A DNA stretch of 62,000 bases from Lama guanicoe (GCA_013239625.1 MU054212.1:5676270-5738269); one strand, 5' to 3'; counted from the stretch's first letter, positions 14,201 to 28,666 are shown. Numbers and translations are program-made. Notes: generated from the sequence alone by a model not told the origin.

Positions 14201-15539
14201 GAGAAATGAAAGTTGAAATACAAGAAACAATGGAAGTGTTCATATAGGTAATTAACAGTTGCCTTGGAGGAAAATTAAAGGACATGGGCAAGAAAAAGAA
14301 GAGAGATAATCAATATTATAATGTTTGGGAATGATGGAGTGAAGGAGAGAAACACAAAGAGAAATGATCTAGAAGCCAGAAAAAAAAAATTCTTATTGAT
14401 TGCAGTACTAAGCAGGAAATAAACCTGGAAAGTAACATGGTAGAAGAAGCAGTAAGATTTTGCCATGAATAGAAGGAAGGGCTGGTCAGATCATCCACCA
14501 AATGGAGAAGATTTAGACATCTGAGCCAGACAAAAGAGTATCGGTGACTTGCGTAAGAAGTCAGTTTTGCCCTAAACCAAGCAGAGTGAAAACATTGGTT
14601 CTAGCCAACAAAGCTGATTTTTACATCAAGCATGAAAGAGCAACAAATTCATAATTTAATTATCACTGAAAGCAGAGATGACACTAATTGTATTTTAAAC
14701 TCTTCATAATCTCATGGAATGTGATAATACGTGAATTGTGGACAGCAGCAAGCTCATTTCTGGTGCTCAGCTAAAGGCACACAAGAAAAATCAAAATTAG
14801 CAAGGAAGGCATTTATGTTATCATTCCGTATTAGCTACCTGGAAAATTGTAGATACCCTGCATTTAAGACACATTTACTTGTTTCCTGATCCCCCCTGCA
14901 AAATAAAGGTTTTGCCAAAGTGAACAGAAAAAGGAGAGGCAGGGCAGAGTCACCCTAAGTGTGTACCTCACTCCTCCTTTACCCACGGGTAGAAGAGGCT
15001 AGTCACACCAGAGGTGGGGCATCCACAGCCTCCACCCACTTTCAAATCTGCCATTAGAATACTGATTCCCCTCTGTAGACCTCCAGTTCAAAGAAATGCG
15101 AACATAAGAATGTAATGGAAACTCTTAGTTTCTGCAGTTGGGAGATAATAGTTGATGTTCATTATTCTTTATGCAGCCCAGGATACGTGACCTCTTCAGA
15201 AACACCTGTGGGATCAGAGGAACTCCATTTTCATGAAACACCCCAAGTCTTTAGTCGGGGTGGGAAAACACTGGAGCTTATCGCCAGGTTCTCCTATGAC
15301 TGAGTTAGAACACAAAAGATTAGAGAAAGGACTTTTTTTTTTTCTTCAGACTCTAGGAAGGTAGCCTTTGAGTTGCCCTTCCAGACAGAGAAGAGTCAGT
15401 GTAGATATTGGGCCTCTGGACACACAAAAAACAAGAATTCTTGGGCTTAGGGAAGGGAGTTCACAATGTATTTTTCTGCCTGCTCTCAAAGGGCAAAAAA
15501 TTCTTCATAAAAGCAAATTTATAAGAAGCTCTATACAGA

Positions 15540-16275
15540 CTCATAGGGAAGGTTTAATCACTTATTTAAATTAGCATATAATATAAAATATTGTGTACCT
15601 ACGGTGCCTCTGAAAAGTGCACCTATCACAGGCATGCGGCTCCGTGAATTTTTATCAGATAACACATCCCATCTAACTAGCTCCCTGATCATGATCTAGA
15701 ACATTATTAGAAGGCCTTCCATCACCAACTTCGAATGTAACTATTATCCTGAATTCTAACAGCATAGTTTTGACTTTTTGGTTTTGTTTTTTAAGCTTTT
15801 GTTTATTTACTTTAAATAAATGAAATAATGCCGTATATTCTCTTTGTATCTAGCTTCTATCCAATATTATCTTTGTATGATTAATTCATGTATTTGGGGG
15901 TAGCTCCAGATTGGATTGGTTATTCTCATTGTGATATAGTATTCTACTATATGAATAAACTATTTTATCCATTCTACTATTGATGAACTTTTGAGCAACT
16001 TCTAGTTGGGGGATGTTATAAATAGTACTGTGATAAACATTCTCATATATGTGTCTTTCAGTGCATATATTCATTTATTTATGATAGGTGCATATTAAGG
16101 AAATAGAATTGCTAAGCCACAGGGCAGGTCCATGTTCATTTGTTTCGGTAGATAGGGCCAAGCAATTTTCCAAAGTGTTTCTACCAATTTACACAGCAAC
16201 TGTAATGTGTGAGAGTTCTAATTGCTCTACATTTTTGTCAGTATTTTCCATCTTTTTACTTTAGGCTTTTTGATG
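15540..16275 (-). mobile_element. L1M 3' fragment
   Basis: tttatccattctactattgatgaacttttgagc...tttccaaagtgtttctaccaatttacac antisense L1 motifs. Confidence 0.75.
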
Positions 16276-16794
16276 GGGGACCACAGGGATTTAGAGATGG
16301 ACTCTTAACACTGATTGAGGAATCCTGGGTCCAGATTTTGATAATTCCAGTTGTAAATGTTGTATTTGGGTCTTAGATCCCACTCTGATATGCAGAATCA
16401 TTTTGGTAACTGAAAAAAATTTGATTTTTTTGCAATCTACCCAGCCAGCCAATTTTGCCCATCAACAAAGGCTTTGAAAAACAGTTGAGGGGGTCAATTC
16501 TTCAATTCAATCATGTGGAATAAATCTGCAGTTTCAAGAATATCTAGTTTTTCAAGTAATTTCATTTTTCTTCCTAGTACTTTTAATCAATTTAATTATC
16601 TGTTCTTTTACAGATTTATCCAGAATGCTTTGGTGTTTTCCAAAGCAGAATAAGGACCCATTAGAAAATGTGTTCTATATTAAAATGTTATTTATTAAGT
16701 TATTACTACCTGATATTTACTGTGATAATTATCAGAGATGCAAAGATTAATAAAATAGAGTCCCCTTTTTAGCAACTCACAAACTGAGGAGAAA

Positions 16795-17030
16795 AATAAT
16801 AACAGCTCACATTCTTCGAGTGTTTCATGCATGCACTTCATATACATTATCTCACTTAATCCTCATAACAACATAGGACTAGGTTCTCTTATTGTCCCTT
16901 AACTGTAGATGAGGAGACCAAAGCACAGAAATGTGAAGAAACTTGCCCGAGGTAGCAGTGATGTAGAAATGGGATTCGAAGCTGAGAAGTCTGATTCCAG
17001 ACTATGCTTTTAACCATGACACCATCCTAC
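16795..17030 (-). mobile_element. MIR SINE, apparently inside an L2 remnant (~16690-17330)
   Basis: cattatctcacttaatcctcataacaac...gtagatgaggagaccaaagcacaga...tctgattccagactatgcttttaacca. Confidence 0.8.
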
Positions 17031-20000
17031 GACAATAACAAAAGCCAGGAGAGGATATGTGTCTTAAAATAGAACTGAAAACAAAATTATCTGAGAGGTA
17101 TAAGTGGGGGAGATGAATTCTGACTGAGGAAGTTAGGAATGTAATGGAAATAGCATAGAATGAGCTGGGTCTTTTAAATTATGCAGTACTTGGAAGGGGA
17201 AAAAAATGAGAAGGAATAGAACTTCATGTAGAGATAACAATACAGATTCAAAATTCCTTGGGGGATGGAAGTATGATCTGAGAGACTAGAAAAAGATCTA
17301 TGAGTTTACTAATGTTGAATGGATGCAGAAATGTGGGGCATGTTAAGAATTATGTGTGCCACATAGCCCCGAACTGCGGTTCAAGTGGCTGACGGATGAG
17401 AGAGTAAGTGGCAAAGAACACATTCAGGAAAGCAGCACTTTGGGGTCAGCATAACCAAAGTATAATCTCAGCCTGGGTTTACAATTTCTCATTCCGTACA
17501 ATTTATTTCGTACTATACTGTTGGGATTTTCCATTGAAGTAACTCATTTCAAAATTTTGGGAGTGGTTTTGCTAAAGGATCATTAAATTTAATTGTATAG
17601 AAACTAGGCCATATTTTAAATCACTTTCAATCGTGTCATTTTCACGTAATTGTGTTAAAAATTACTTACTTTAAAATAATTAAGGACGTCACTGACCCAA
17701 AATATTACTTTCAGCATTAAAGAGAAGAAATAGAACAAAATATGCTTCAAATAACACATGTTGAGTAGATATTAAATAAGATGAATAAAGAAGCAAATAA
17801 TGGCTAAGTAAAGATATTTTTAAATTAGTACCCCAAAAGTAACAATATATTTCAAGACTCAAAAAGAAATCCATATTATAGTTATTCAAATTGCGGAAAT
17901 TTGCTCATTTGTTTATTCAACAGATGTCTATCAAGCACCCACGCTAAGGGCCTAGAATATAAATATTAGCAAAATGTATTCCCTTCCTTCAGGAAGTTAA
18001 TATATGAATTAAGAGAAGACATGAAAAGAAATAATAAAATACTGCCTTTTAGCTTAATAGTGGCTTCTGTAAGGTATAGTAGGTGTGGGGGAAGGGGAAG
18101 ACTAAGAACGGGTTATCATAAGGAAACCATTTGAGACAGCAAAAGGAAATTCATGAGAATGTTAACAGGGCACCTGCAATGATAAAAACAAAATGAAGGA
18201 GGGAAAAAGGTCAAAACCCCTAAATACATTGGCTTAATGAAACAGTTTAAAGCATTCCGATAGGACAAGATAGAATGAAAATACTTTTAAAAATAAAAAC
18301 CATATTCAATAAATTATTATAATATAAAATGTTTATACAATATGATTATGGAATGTAAAAATATGCAGATACAAGGTAATGAATAAAAATTAATCAGCTC
18401 AACTAAAAAAGCATTTTAATCAAAAACGGCATTTAAGTTTATATTTTCTTTCTAATAAGAGATGACCTTTACTCAGTTGATAATTCCTGGAAAGTTGAAG
18501 GGGAAACTATTCAGATTATAAAATTATAGAGATTATACCTAAATACTAAAGCAAAAATTCTGCTATATTAACTTCCAGAATGTTGACAACCTAATGTTTT
18601 TACATTTGCACCATATCTTCCAAGTACAAAATTCTTCTAAATTATTCTTATTATAAACGCAATGTTCCTGTCAAGTAAGTGGGTGTTGATTGGTGGCAAG
18701 CACCATGTTTTTCAGACAAGAACAATAAAACTGAGGTTATTTCAGTGACGTATTATTTGCTTGATGCAAGAGCAGAGGCCTCTTTATCTCAAGTCAACAA
18801 TGATTTCTAAGGGGGCCCAGTAACTTCTAACCAGCAATTTTAAAAGTAATTTTTTCTTTATCTGCCAAACTTTGAATACAGAACCCTGTGTTTTTCCACT
18901 GGAGATTATTTGACAGCAGTATGAAGTCATTCTGGAAGTCTAACTATGACTATGTTCTGTATGAAGCAGAGAATACAAAATTCTGAAAATAAATTTGAGC
19001 CAGTAGAATTTTTCTCAAGACGAAAAAATCCTACGAGGTGGAGTTTTCAATATACATGCACACAACACATTTTCATGATCAAAGCAAGGAATCATTATTA
19101 CAAGAAAAAAAAGCTCTCAGAATTATACTATTATTGGATCAACTTTTCAGCATTGACCTCTGCTGTTATTAGTTGGAATAATATGCTAAGACTCTAAAGA
19201 ATTATGGCTGAAATCCTTGTAACTAATTGCACTCATGAATTAAATAATGATGCTTGGGTTGTGCCTTTTTCCCCCCCAAAGCTATTTGTAGTTGTACCAA
19301 CAAGCTTGCTGGGTAGAATTTGACCTCTTACTCATAATATTGAAAACAAATGTCACACATTTTAGGCTATAATTTATGACAACTTATGTTAGTCCCATCT
19401 TTTCAGCAAATATTGTATTTAAAAAAAAAGCTACTGCATACTCTAATATTCCCATAAAAATTCTTTAACGGTAAGCATTGGAAAAGAAATCTTTATTTTC
19501 TAAAGTTATTTTTAATGTTTTAAAGAAAATTACCTCCTATGGTTATTAACTTGATTTTGCACAGTCTAAATAAAAAACTGAAACAAGTCTCTTTCCTTAG
19601 GAATAAAAAAGGATTATGAATTCCTAATATTGAAAACATCTAACTTTCTAGAATTTTCTGTGCTTTCACAAAGCTAAATTTGTGAGACTGAAATTATAAT
19701 TTTTTCTCATTCTTTTAAAATAATGATTAACAAGAAGAGTAATGAAGCCTTTAACTAATTTTACTTCATATGAATGTTCATTTTGATCTATCTGTTTTAA
19801 TGACCTCAGAACACGTGAACATTTAGTTGTCTCTGATTTAGCCTTTCTTCCCTGTTCACTGGCTTACCCACCCCCAAGTCTATATTTTAAGTAATTTCAA
19901 TCAGGGCAGATTTTAAAATCCCAGCTTGTTCATGGGAACCAACTGATTCAGAATGAATCTTTCCTAATTATTTTTTGTGTTCACATGGGTGTTCACGCTG

Positions 20001-23000
20001 GCTCCTCTCCAAGCTTCCAGCCAAGAGGGAAAATTACCTTTCCACACCCAACTAAAAACAGAGTCAAAGAATAATTCCTCTGGTGAGCAGCGTCTCTGAA
20101 TAAGCAGTTTTCGCTTAATGTGTATGTGTGTTTTTAAATGAAGATTTGTTCGTAGATTAAGTCAACAAAGTAGTTTTCATATAGAAAAATAGGCGACCTG
20201 TTGTTGCTTTTATTTTTTTAGAAATCAAATCCTGAAATTTACAACCTTTAATACCAAGTTTTAAAATCCCAAATGACATGTGTTTTCTCCTGTAGGAAAC
20301 AGTTTCTTAGTCTTTTTTTTTTTTTAGTCTTTCATCTCTACCTTTCCAGGATAACATTTTCTTTTGATATTATCATCTTTTATGCTGTTCTAAAAGAACA
20401 TGTCTTTGAGTTAGCTGCTTCTTTTTAGAAGGTAAATGTATTCAAGCACTGGTTTAAAAAAATAAAAAACCCTGACAGTATTAGGGCACAGAACTTCTTA
20501 CATAGTTTCTTGAATATAAAAGTCCACAATTAATTGTTGTCTGGTTTGATTGGGGAAGAGTACCTGAGCCCTCCAGAGAGGTCTGGTCCAAACTATCCTA
20601 TATAAGACATCGCTTTGCTTTGGGTGAACAACATAGATTGAGTGTCCATAAAAAAGGAGAAGGATCCTGTGAGCTGAATAGATATTCCAGGAGAAGAAGG
20701 AGAGATTTTCATACAATCATAAGAGCATATTGGTGAGGTTTCAGCGCCCCTAATTTCTCTCCAAATCCACCTTCAGAAGTACTGCCACCTCCCACTCCCC
20801 ACCCATTTCCAAGGTGATGAATCCGACAATCCACTCATCTCTGGAGTGGTTCCTGCTCTGGTAACTGGCAAAGCGCCCTACTTAAGGGCTGATAAACACT
20901 TTTTGAAAATGGTGGTGATGACAGAGTTAGGTGGGCTTTGCCACATAGCTTATGAGAGTCAGGATTTTAGACGGAAGATAATGTGTGTGGATGTAGGAAT
21001 GCAAACAGAAATCTGAAAAACTTTCTGCCTTCCATATGGTCAAGACTTTACTTTTGCCCCAGAAAAATGAATGACTTTCTTTCACTTGAAGGTAATTCTG
21101 ACTTAAGATAAAACATATAATCATCATATCACCACGTCATTTGTATCCTTTCTGAGTTTGGAGGAGGCGCATAATCCCACAACATAGACCTCGTACTGTT
21201 ATTCACCAACTAACCTCTGGTTTGGAAAAACTTTTTAAAAACTTGTCTGACTCCTTATTGTCTAAAAACTACCCCCATTTTAGAACTTTAGCCAGCTAAG
21301 GAAACTAGGTCTTTTCAACTTTCTTTAGGCTACACCAAGATCTCAATCAAACTAGGTAGGTTCCCACTTTATTTTTCACAGAATCCAATAAGCGCCAGCT
21401 TGCATATCTCCAGGTGTCACAATCCACACCCTGTTTATAAATGAACCTCAGGGAACATTTTAAAAACAACAGAGTAGATCTTTCTATTTCCAAATATTCT
21501 ATTCTGATATTCCCAACTCAAGGCTGTATAAATGGTACTGCATTTTTTGATTCAATAAACTCTCCCCAAATCTCTCTCTCTCTTTTTTTTTTCATACTGT
21601 TATCCTCTATTCGGGGAAACAATCCGCAAGAATTGACTAAGAACTTTCCATGTACTTATTCTCCAATATTAATTTCTTCCTTGTCTGAACACTTAACTAA
21701 GTTATACAAGCCTCTGTGAGACACAAGTAAGCCTTAATCTTTTTCTTCTAAGAGCTTACATCTGAGTGTGTGTGTGCGTGCACACCCCTGTGTGTACGTG
21801 TGTGTTTAAAGAGAGGGTCGAGTATATCTGGGGAAAATATGTAAACAATCAACTACAATTCAGGTCAGAATGAAAACCACGGTCGAGGTACACTACATGT
21901 GTTCCCGCTGACTGTAAGACACATCTGAAGGGTCAGTGGAAGGAGGCAGCCCATGTGCCTTGAGGTGGAAGCCGGGGGTGACTTGGTGGGCAGAGGAGGA
22001 GGCGGAGCATCAGGGAAGGTGGGGGGATGGCATGTGCCCTGTGCAGGGAAGCTGAGCTGACTCTGTAGGGAACTGAATGCATTCTTATTCGCCTTTGTCT
22101 CTCGGTAACTAAAGGTCTCCAAAGAGATGAATTAGATGGCCACACATAATGCCAAGCTAACCCATGTTCACATTAGTCCTGAATGGGTTGGATTTCATCT
22201 CTATCAGAAAGAGGCCTCTCATTGAAGCACTGTTTCTTTTGTCGTTGGAAGTTTCCCATTTAGTTTAGACCTTGGGAAGATAACGTTTTGGCCCTGGTTT
22301 GAGCCTTTAATTTTATGTGCTTTTAATCCTCACTTCCTAAAAAAGGAAACTTAATCTAAAGGTAACAATATTCAACAATGAATGTGGAAAACTTAAAGTC
22401 ATTTCCTACCCAGGATTACTTTTCTGGAGGAGACCTGAAAGAGACTTCCTTGAGCCTCTGTGTGGATTCTCCACATCATCTTCCTTACTGGCTGATAACA
22501 TTTTTCTTCAGCAGTTAAAAATCATTTGTTATTTTACTGATTTACCTACTCAGCTTTTATGGCTATAGTGTATTTCAAGCACTGAGTGAGAATGTGAGGA
22601 ATTTAAATGGGTTTTTTTGTTGGTACTGTTTTTGTCTTGTTTTGGTTTCTATGGAAAACTAAAGGTAAATAAGGAGGGATAAATGCTCTGTCAGGGAAAT
22701 CCAGAGGCAGGATGACCAGTTTAGAGTTGATGATGTTGAGTTCATGGTACCCACGCCATCACCGTTTACTTTTGCTTTACTGCCTAAAGTAACCGCCTCT
22801 TAGAACTCTGTAACAGAATCCTGTACACAGGACCAGGTCCAAGCTCTGTAGAAAGCATCCAGGGTCCTGCAGCCGTGTCTCGGATGATAACTCGCCAGCC
22901 TAACCTTACAACACCCCCGATCTCTCTCTTCTCAAACACAATCATGAACTCTCAAATTCCGAGCCTTTGCTTCACAAAGCTCTGCTTAGCTTTACTCTGC

Positions 23001-24123
23001 CTGGGGAAGTCTGGCTCATTCTGCGAAGTCCATTTAAACGTGCCTTCTAGGCAAAGCATTCTGGGACCCTTCTGACCCCTAAGTCAAAATGAACAACTGT
23101 CTCTATGCTGCCACAGTACGCTAGTCTTACCTCCATTAAACGAGTGCTTAAAACATCTGACTAAGAATTTGACTAATAAATAGCTAGACATACCACTTGC
23201 TATTGTTAAAGAAATGAACTACACTGAAGTCTCATAACTGACGTATAAGGTACAAACTATTACTACCCACATTTTACAAATGTGCAAACTTAGGCCAAGA
23301 GAGTTTAAGTGACGTGTCCAAGCTGGGTATACAACAGTTAGAAAAGAACACAAGTTTCCTGTTCTCATGGAGCTTAAATCCTGCAACTTTAACCTCTTTG
23401 GTGAAAGTAGCGTTGCTGGGAGCTTAACTGAGATAACTTACGTAAAGTACCGAAATAACTTACGTCAAGTGCTTAGATGTTATGTCAGCTTCTGGGAATA
23501 ATGGTGTCCTCATACCTAACAAGTGATGCCTAACAGCTGCTCAAGCATTTCCAACCTAGTGTTCACCCTTTGAGAGTGTCCTCAAAGGCTAGGTTGATAA
23601 AAGTACTGATCTTTATGATATCAGTTTGAAGATTAGGGGCTTTCACGTAGGGGTCATTTGCCTGAAAAAAACCTCATTATTAACTTGTTGTTACTAAACT
23701 TGTTTAAGCATTTTTTTACCAGCTGCTAATCAGCAATGTTTAAGTATTTTTAACAAGGTAAGTGTCTAGCCACATGTCATCTCTTAGGAGAAATTTTCTT
23801 CTGAATCATTCTTTCGTATACTGGGTAGAGAGGAAGGCTAGTACTGCCTCAAATTTTAGTGAGAAATTGAGCCAGTCATTTCACTTCCCTGGGTCCACTT
23901 CTTCTAGAGGATGAGAGGGTAGGACTTCATCTAATGACAACAAAGTTCCTTATAGTTGCAAAATTTCCTGGTTCAACTTCCTTTAATTGTCCAGCATTTA
24001 TGCTTTTTAAGCTGCAAAGGAGAGCTCATATTTGGAATGCTATGTTCATTCACATGCAATGTTCATTCACATATTTTACAATCTTACAGATTTAGATGAT
24101 ATATGGATTTAGATTACATATAT

Positions 24124-24197
24124 ATTTTTAATTGAAATATAGTCATTTACAATGTGTCAATTTCTGATATAGAGTGTAATGCTTCAGTCATACATAG
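24124..24197 (-). mobile_element. Short L1 3'-end fragment
   Basis: ttttaattgaaatatagtcatttacaatgtgtcaatttctgatatagagtgtaatgcttcagtcatacata, similar to the L1 3' end at 53144-53230. Confidence 0.6.
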
Positions 24198-24310
24198 GTA
24201 GATTATATTTTAAACATTTACTACTACTAAATAAATGAACAAAATTTTAGAAGGTACTTAGTTTTCACTTGTCTTAATTTCTTCCATTCTGAAGAATGAA
24301 TTCACGGGAT

Positions 24311-24918
24311 GAGGTCAAATATCAACATTAACAGGAGATTGGAAGAAGCTGATTCCAACCGTCATGGATGACTTTGAGAGAGTCAAGACTTCAGTGGAGG
24401 AAGTAGCTACAGATGTGGTGAGAATCAGAAGCGGAGTCTAAAGATGTGACTGAATGGCTGCAATCTCATGATAAAACTTTAACAGATGAGAAATTGCTTC
24501 TTATGGATGAGCGAAGAAAGTGGCTTCTTTGAGATGAAAGCTACTCCTTGTGAAGATGCTGTGAAGACTGCTGACGTGACAACAAAGGGTTTAGAATATT
24601 ACATAAATGTAAAGGGGAAGAGGGTTTGAAAGGATTGGCTCCAATTTTGAAAGAAGTTATATGGTGGGTAAAATGCTACCAAACACCACTGCATACTACA
24701 GAGAAGTTGTTCATGAAAGGAAGAGTCAATCAATGTGGAAAACTTCACTGTTGTCTTAATTTAAAAAACTGCCACAGCCACCCAACCTTCAGCAACTACC
24801 ACCCTGCTCAGTCAGCAGCCATCAACATTAAGGCAAGACCCTCCACCAGAAAAATTATTATGACTCACTGTGGAGGCTCAGATGATGGTTAGCAAACTTC
24901 AGTATATTTTAATTAAGG
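24311..24918 (+). mobile_element. Tigger1 DNA transposon fragment (3' part)
   Basis: caacattaacaggag..ttggaagaagctgattccaacc.tcatggatgactttgag...aagacttcagtggaggaagt...gccacagccaccccaaccttcagcaac match recalled Tigger1; degenerate, TIRs not seen. Confidence 0.85.
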
Positions 24919-26799
24919 TTAATTGAGGAAGAGCCATAAAAAGAGGGAACACATCTAATATAGTTATGTATTTGTTCACTGAAATTACCAAATGCTAAAA
25001 GAGCTTTCTATGAAAAAAAAGTGCTTTAAAAGCTCTAAAATGAAAAAAAAAATCTTTAGCATCCTTTAAAACATTTGAAAAAATCAAGTGAAGTCATTAT
25101 AAAAGATACACTGATGATCAACATGAGATCGGGAGGGGAGGCAGAGATGTCACGTACAGGATGAAGACCAGCATAGCGTGGTCCGGGAGTGAAGCCCGGG
25201 CCCTGGGAGAGTGAAGCGCACTTGAGAACAGGATGGTATGTGTCACTCAGAGTTCTCACCCTGTCCTTGCCTGAGATTTAGGGAGACGGTGGTACAAAAA
25301 ACTTCACCTTTGAAAGACATTACAGTGCATCATTAATTTGATGGCCTTCCATAATAAAAGAGAGCGACATTCTCTTTTCCTCTCCCCAGACCACTGCATC
25401 ACAGGATCCCATTGTCCTCAGTGGAAGAGGAGGCATGGTCTGGGCAAGGGCTCTAGTGTACTTGGCATCACCAGATTTGCTCATGAACACTTTGATGAAA
25501 TCTTCCAAGAAATCTCAGCAATGCTTAGGGATTGAGAGGGTGGTCAATTTTCGATCTAGAGGAAATGTATTAGCAGATGGGGGCCCCATCTGATAAAAGA
25601 TCAACTACAGTTAAAAGGACCACCCTTCTTTCCCACTGACTGTCCTTCATTGCCTCTCTGCTGTTCATTTGCCAGTTTTAGTATAACCATCACCTTTGGC
25701 ATGTTTCCTCGGTGGTTCACCATCTCCTTAGAAAAGCCCTCAACAGATCATATTGAAAAGCACATCATTGCCCTTTATGCTTTTCTAATTCACGATAAAC
25801 TCTACAATCGGACAGGAGCACCTCATCGGCTACAGAAACCATACTTTGGTTTACTAATTGCAGCAACAGTTTTTTGTTCTTAGATACTGCGTCCTTTCCA
25901 AATTCGAAATAGCAACATCACTTTGATTTGCCATTGTTCAATTCAGTTTTTAATTGGCTTAGGAGCAGTGCCTAAAACACACCAGCTTCAGTCATAAGGA
26001 GTCTAGTGTGTCAAGATTCCTACTCAACTGACTCCAGCCTTTCCTTTATCTCTTCCCCCAACTTCTTTCCCCACTTCACCCCTCCCCCATCCAGCCATCT
26101 ATCTTTACCCAGCAAGTCTTCAAGAGAGCTAGAGCCTCCTCAGAACTGCATCTCAAGCCGGGCAAGTGTTAGCATACTTAAACGTTTTCCCCTCCCTCCT
26201 CTCAACCTGCATCCCTTCAAGGACCGAACATGCCTAATCTCAGCAGAGCCTCTCCACCCCTCCTACAGCCCAACCCAGTCCGCGCACAGGCTGCTGCATG
26301 CTCTGGGCTTCTCCTCCTCCACCCAGTTATACCTCTCCACCCACCGCCTCTGCCCCCCACCCAGTCTACACCCGGAGGCGATCGCCTGCTCTCCCAAGCT
26401 ACTTATACCATTATCTTCACACTTCATCCTGAGAGCCAGTTTTACTGCTCATTGTTCACCAGAGGGGAAAAAAAGCAACACCACTGAGGCAGCACCCAAG
26501 TAACTCAGAAGGTGGCTGAGGAGGGATTCAGGTGCTCTAGACGGTCACTTTCAATCCTGTTTTTTTTAAACATAGTCCATCGTAAGAAATACATTTCATA
26601 TTCTGATCCAGTACATGCACATATATACTGAAGAAAATATAAATGAATACAACCTACCAGAGGAAAGAACAGAATATACCAACTATGTCATCATACACAG
26701 AATTAACTTACATCAATTCAACCGCACATTAAATAAACCTGGAAATCTGCATGATGTGAGTGTACTATTCATTATATTCTGTGCATTTCTGTGTTATAA

Positions 26800-27010
26800 A
26801 ATATAACTGGCACTTATTCAGCACTTGCACTGTGCTTGGCACATACATTAAATCATGAAATGCTCCTAACACCATGGGGTAGACACTGGCATTAGCCCTA
26901 CTTTACCAGTAGGGAAACTGAGGCACAGAGAGGTGAACTAACCTTCCTAGGGTCATATGGGTAGGAAATGACTGGTCCAGGTTTGAAATCAGGCTGCCAC
27001 ACTCTGGGGT
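26800..27010 (-). mobile_element. MIR SINE
   Basis: gggaaactgaggcacagagaggtgaactaaccttcctagggtcata MIR core. Confidence 0.8.
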
Positions 27011-27313
27011 AAGTGCCCCCCCACCATCGCATTGGACATGGGTAACTTTATATCACTACGTGGGGTTATGTTCAATGTTCACAAAACAAAGTATATTGCC
27101 ATTTATGGGTAATTTAAGTTTTTTTTTTTAAGTTATTAACAATGTGATTCTGGTACCACCTACTTACTTTATAATCTTACTCTCCACAAGATGAAATTCA
27201 TAATGCAATAGATGATGAGAATTAATATAGTGTTTCTAATTAAGTATGAAACACATTTAATAAATCACATTTCTAGACCTCAGGAGAGATATTGTGACTA
27301 GAATACAAAAGAC

Positions 27314-27472
27314 TTTTTTTTTTTGAGTGAAGGTAGATTTATTCAGAGAAACACACTGAAAGGCAAGAGAAAGGCCACGAGGTGTGGGGGCTGGGTGCTC
27401 AGATTAAAAAGTAGGTACACACTCCATAGACAGATTGTGGGCTGTCTCTGAAGAGGGAGAGAGAGGGTGGCC
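27314..27472 (-). mobile_element. Polyadenylated ERV-LTR R-region-like retrocopy with TSD
   Basis: Minus strand ends ...gtgtgtttctctgAATAAAtctaccttcactc(A)11; flanks caaaagacttt (27306-27316) and cagaagacttt (27473-27483). Confidence 0.7.
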
Positions 27473-28417
27473 CAGAAGACTTTAAACAGTAATTTACTAG
27501 TGCACCTTTCTATTAATCTTTTAAACAAAAAGGGGAAAACATTTACATTAATTCCATCATTCTCAACTGAATAACTAAAAAAACCCACCTCGACACAACC
27601 ATAACAATGTGCTAGTGTCCAGGCAATCTTATAATCATAAGCCTTGGAAAACTGAACAAAGACCAATTTCTCTCACTTAACAGAAAAAAAAATTATTGTT
27701 ATTTTATCAATAACAATTTAATCAGTGATTAGCTAAAATTTCCATTCTTTTTATAATTGCGAGGATAATGTAACTATTTTGGTTCCTTTAATTCTAGGAA
27801 TGCCTGAGTAGTATCTTCATCCATCACCCTGACTGACATGATAGGTTGTAATAATTTTAATCTTCTCTCTCCAAGGCCTGAGCTGACCTTGGACAAGTCC
27901 TTTTTGTCATCTCAGGCCCTCAGGTGTCTTTCTTTTGTGAACTGAAGTGGGAGCACTTGGCAATAACCATGGTTGGTCCCAAAGATTTGCTCATTCTAAA
28001 AATATACTGGGTACATACTGTGCGATAAGCACTGGGGCATATAAAAGTAATAATTTACCATCATATAGGATAGAAAGTTTACCACACAAAAAAATCACCA
28101 GGGAATCGTGCAGTATGATGAGAATTAACTGTGCAGCCTTACTTACTGCAATTGCAAAGTCCCTTTCTGTTAAATTTATAACAAAACGTACTTACTATAA
28201 AAATACTGATTTCCTAGAATCACAAACTGTTAGAACCAGAAGAAGTCTCATTTCATCTAATGTAACATAACATTTCTGCTTTATTGAAAAGAACTGAGAC
28301 TCTGAAATACGTCAACTTTGCTCAAGGTATGATTTACAAAAAAATGAATGGTAGGGAAGCTTTAAAAAATAACCACAATTTCCCTTGAATATTGCCACGT
28401 AAAACTTTTTCTAAGCC

Positions 28418-28558
28418 TTTTTTGGAGGTATGGGGAGAAGGTAATTAGGTTTATTTATTTATTTATTAAAAAAAAATTAATGGAGGTACTGGGGATTAAA
28501 CCCAGGACCTCAATGCATGCTAAGCACGTGCTCCACTACTGAGCCCTACCCTCCCCCC
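28418..28558 (-). mobile_element. tRNA-Ala(AGC)-derived SINE (camelid vic-1-like)
   Basis: Minus strand GGGGAGGGTAGGGCTCAGTAGTGGAGCACGTGCTTAGCATGCATTGAGGTCCTGGGTTTAATCCCCAGTACCTCCA followed by (TAAA)n and CCTAATTACC tail. Confidence 0.85.
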
Positions 28559-28666
28559 AAGAAAAGCTCATTTTTAATATCACAGAATTTTAAATAGGAC
28601 TTTTAAAGTTCAGTTTGTCTTCTTAAATGTTTCCAAGCCTTTGAAGTATTTGAAAAGCTTTGTCTT

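Noticed and set aside
20307..20332. ttagtcttt repeated around a T tract (possible poly(A)-only insertion)
   Set aside because: The repeat is short and T-rich; slippage explains it equally well.
24626..24892. 88-aa ORF
   Set aside because: Lies within the decayed Tigger1; not an intact transposase.
25320..25540. Coding-looking stretch, possible processed pseudogene
   Set aside because: No recognisable protein in either ORF, and no poly(A) tail or TSD.
26006..26503. 165-aa Pro/Ser-rich ORF
   Set aside because: Reflects C/T-rich degenerate sequence with a non-ATG start; no homology or splice support recognised.
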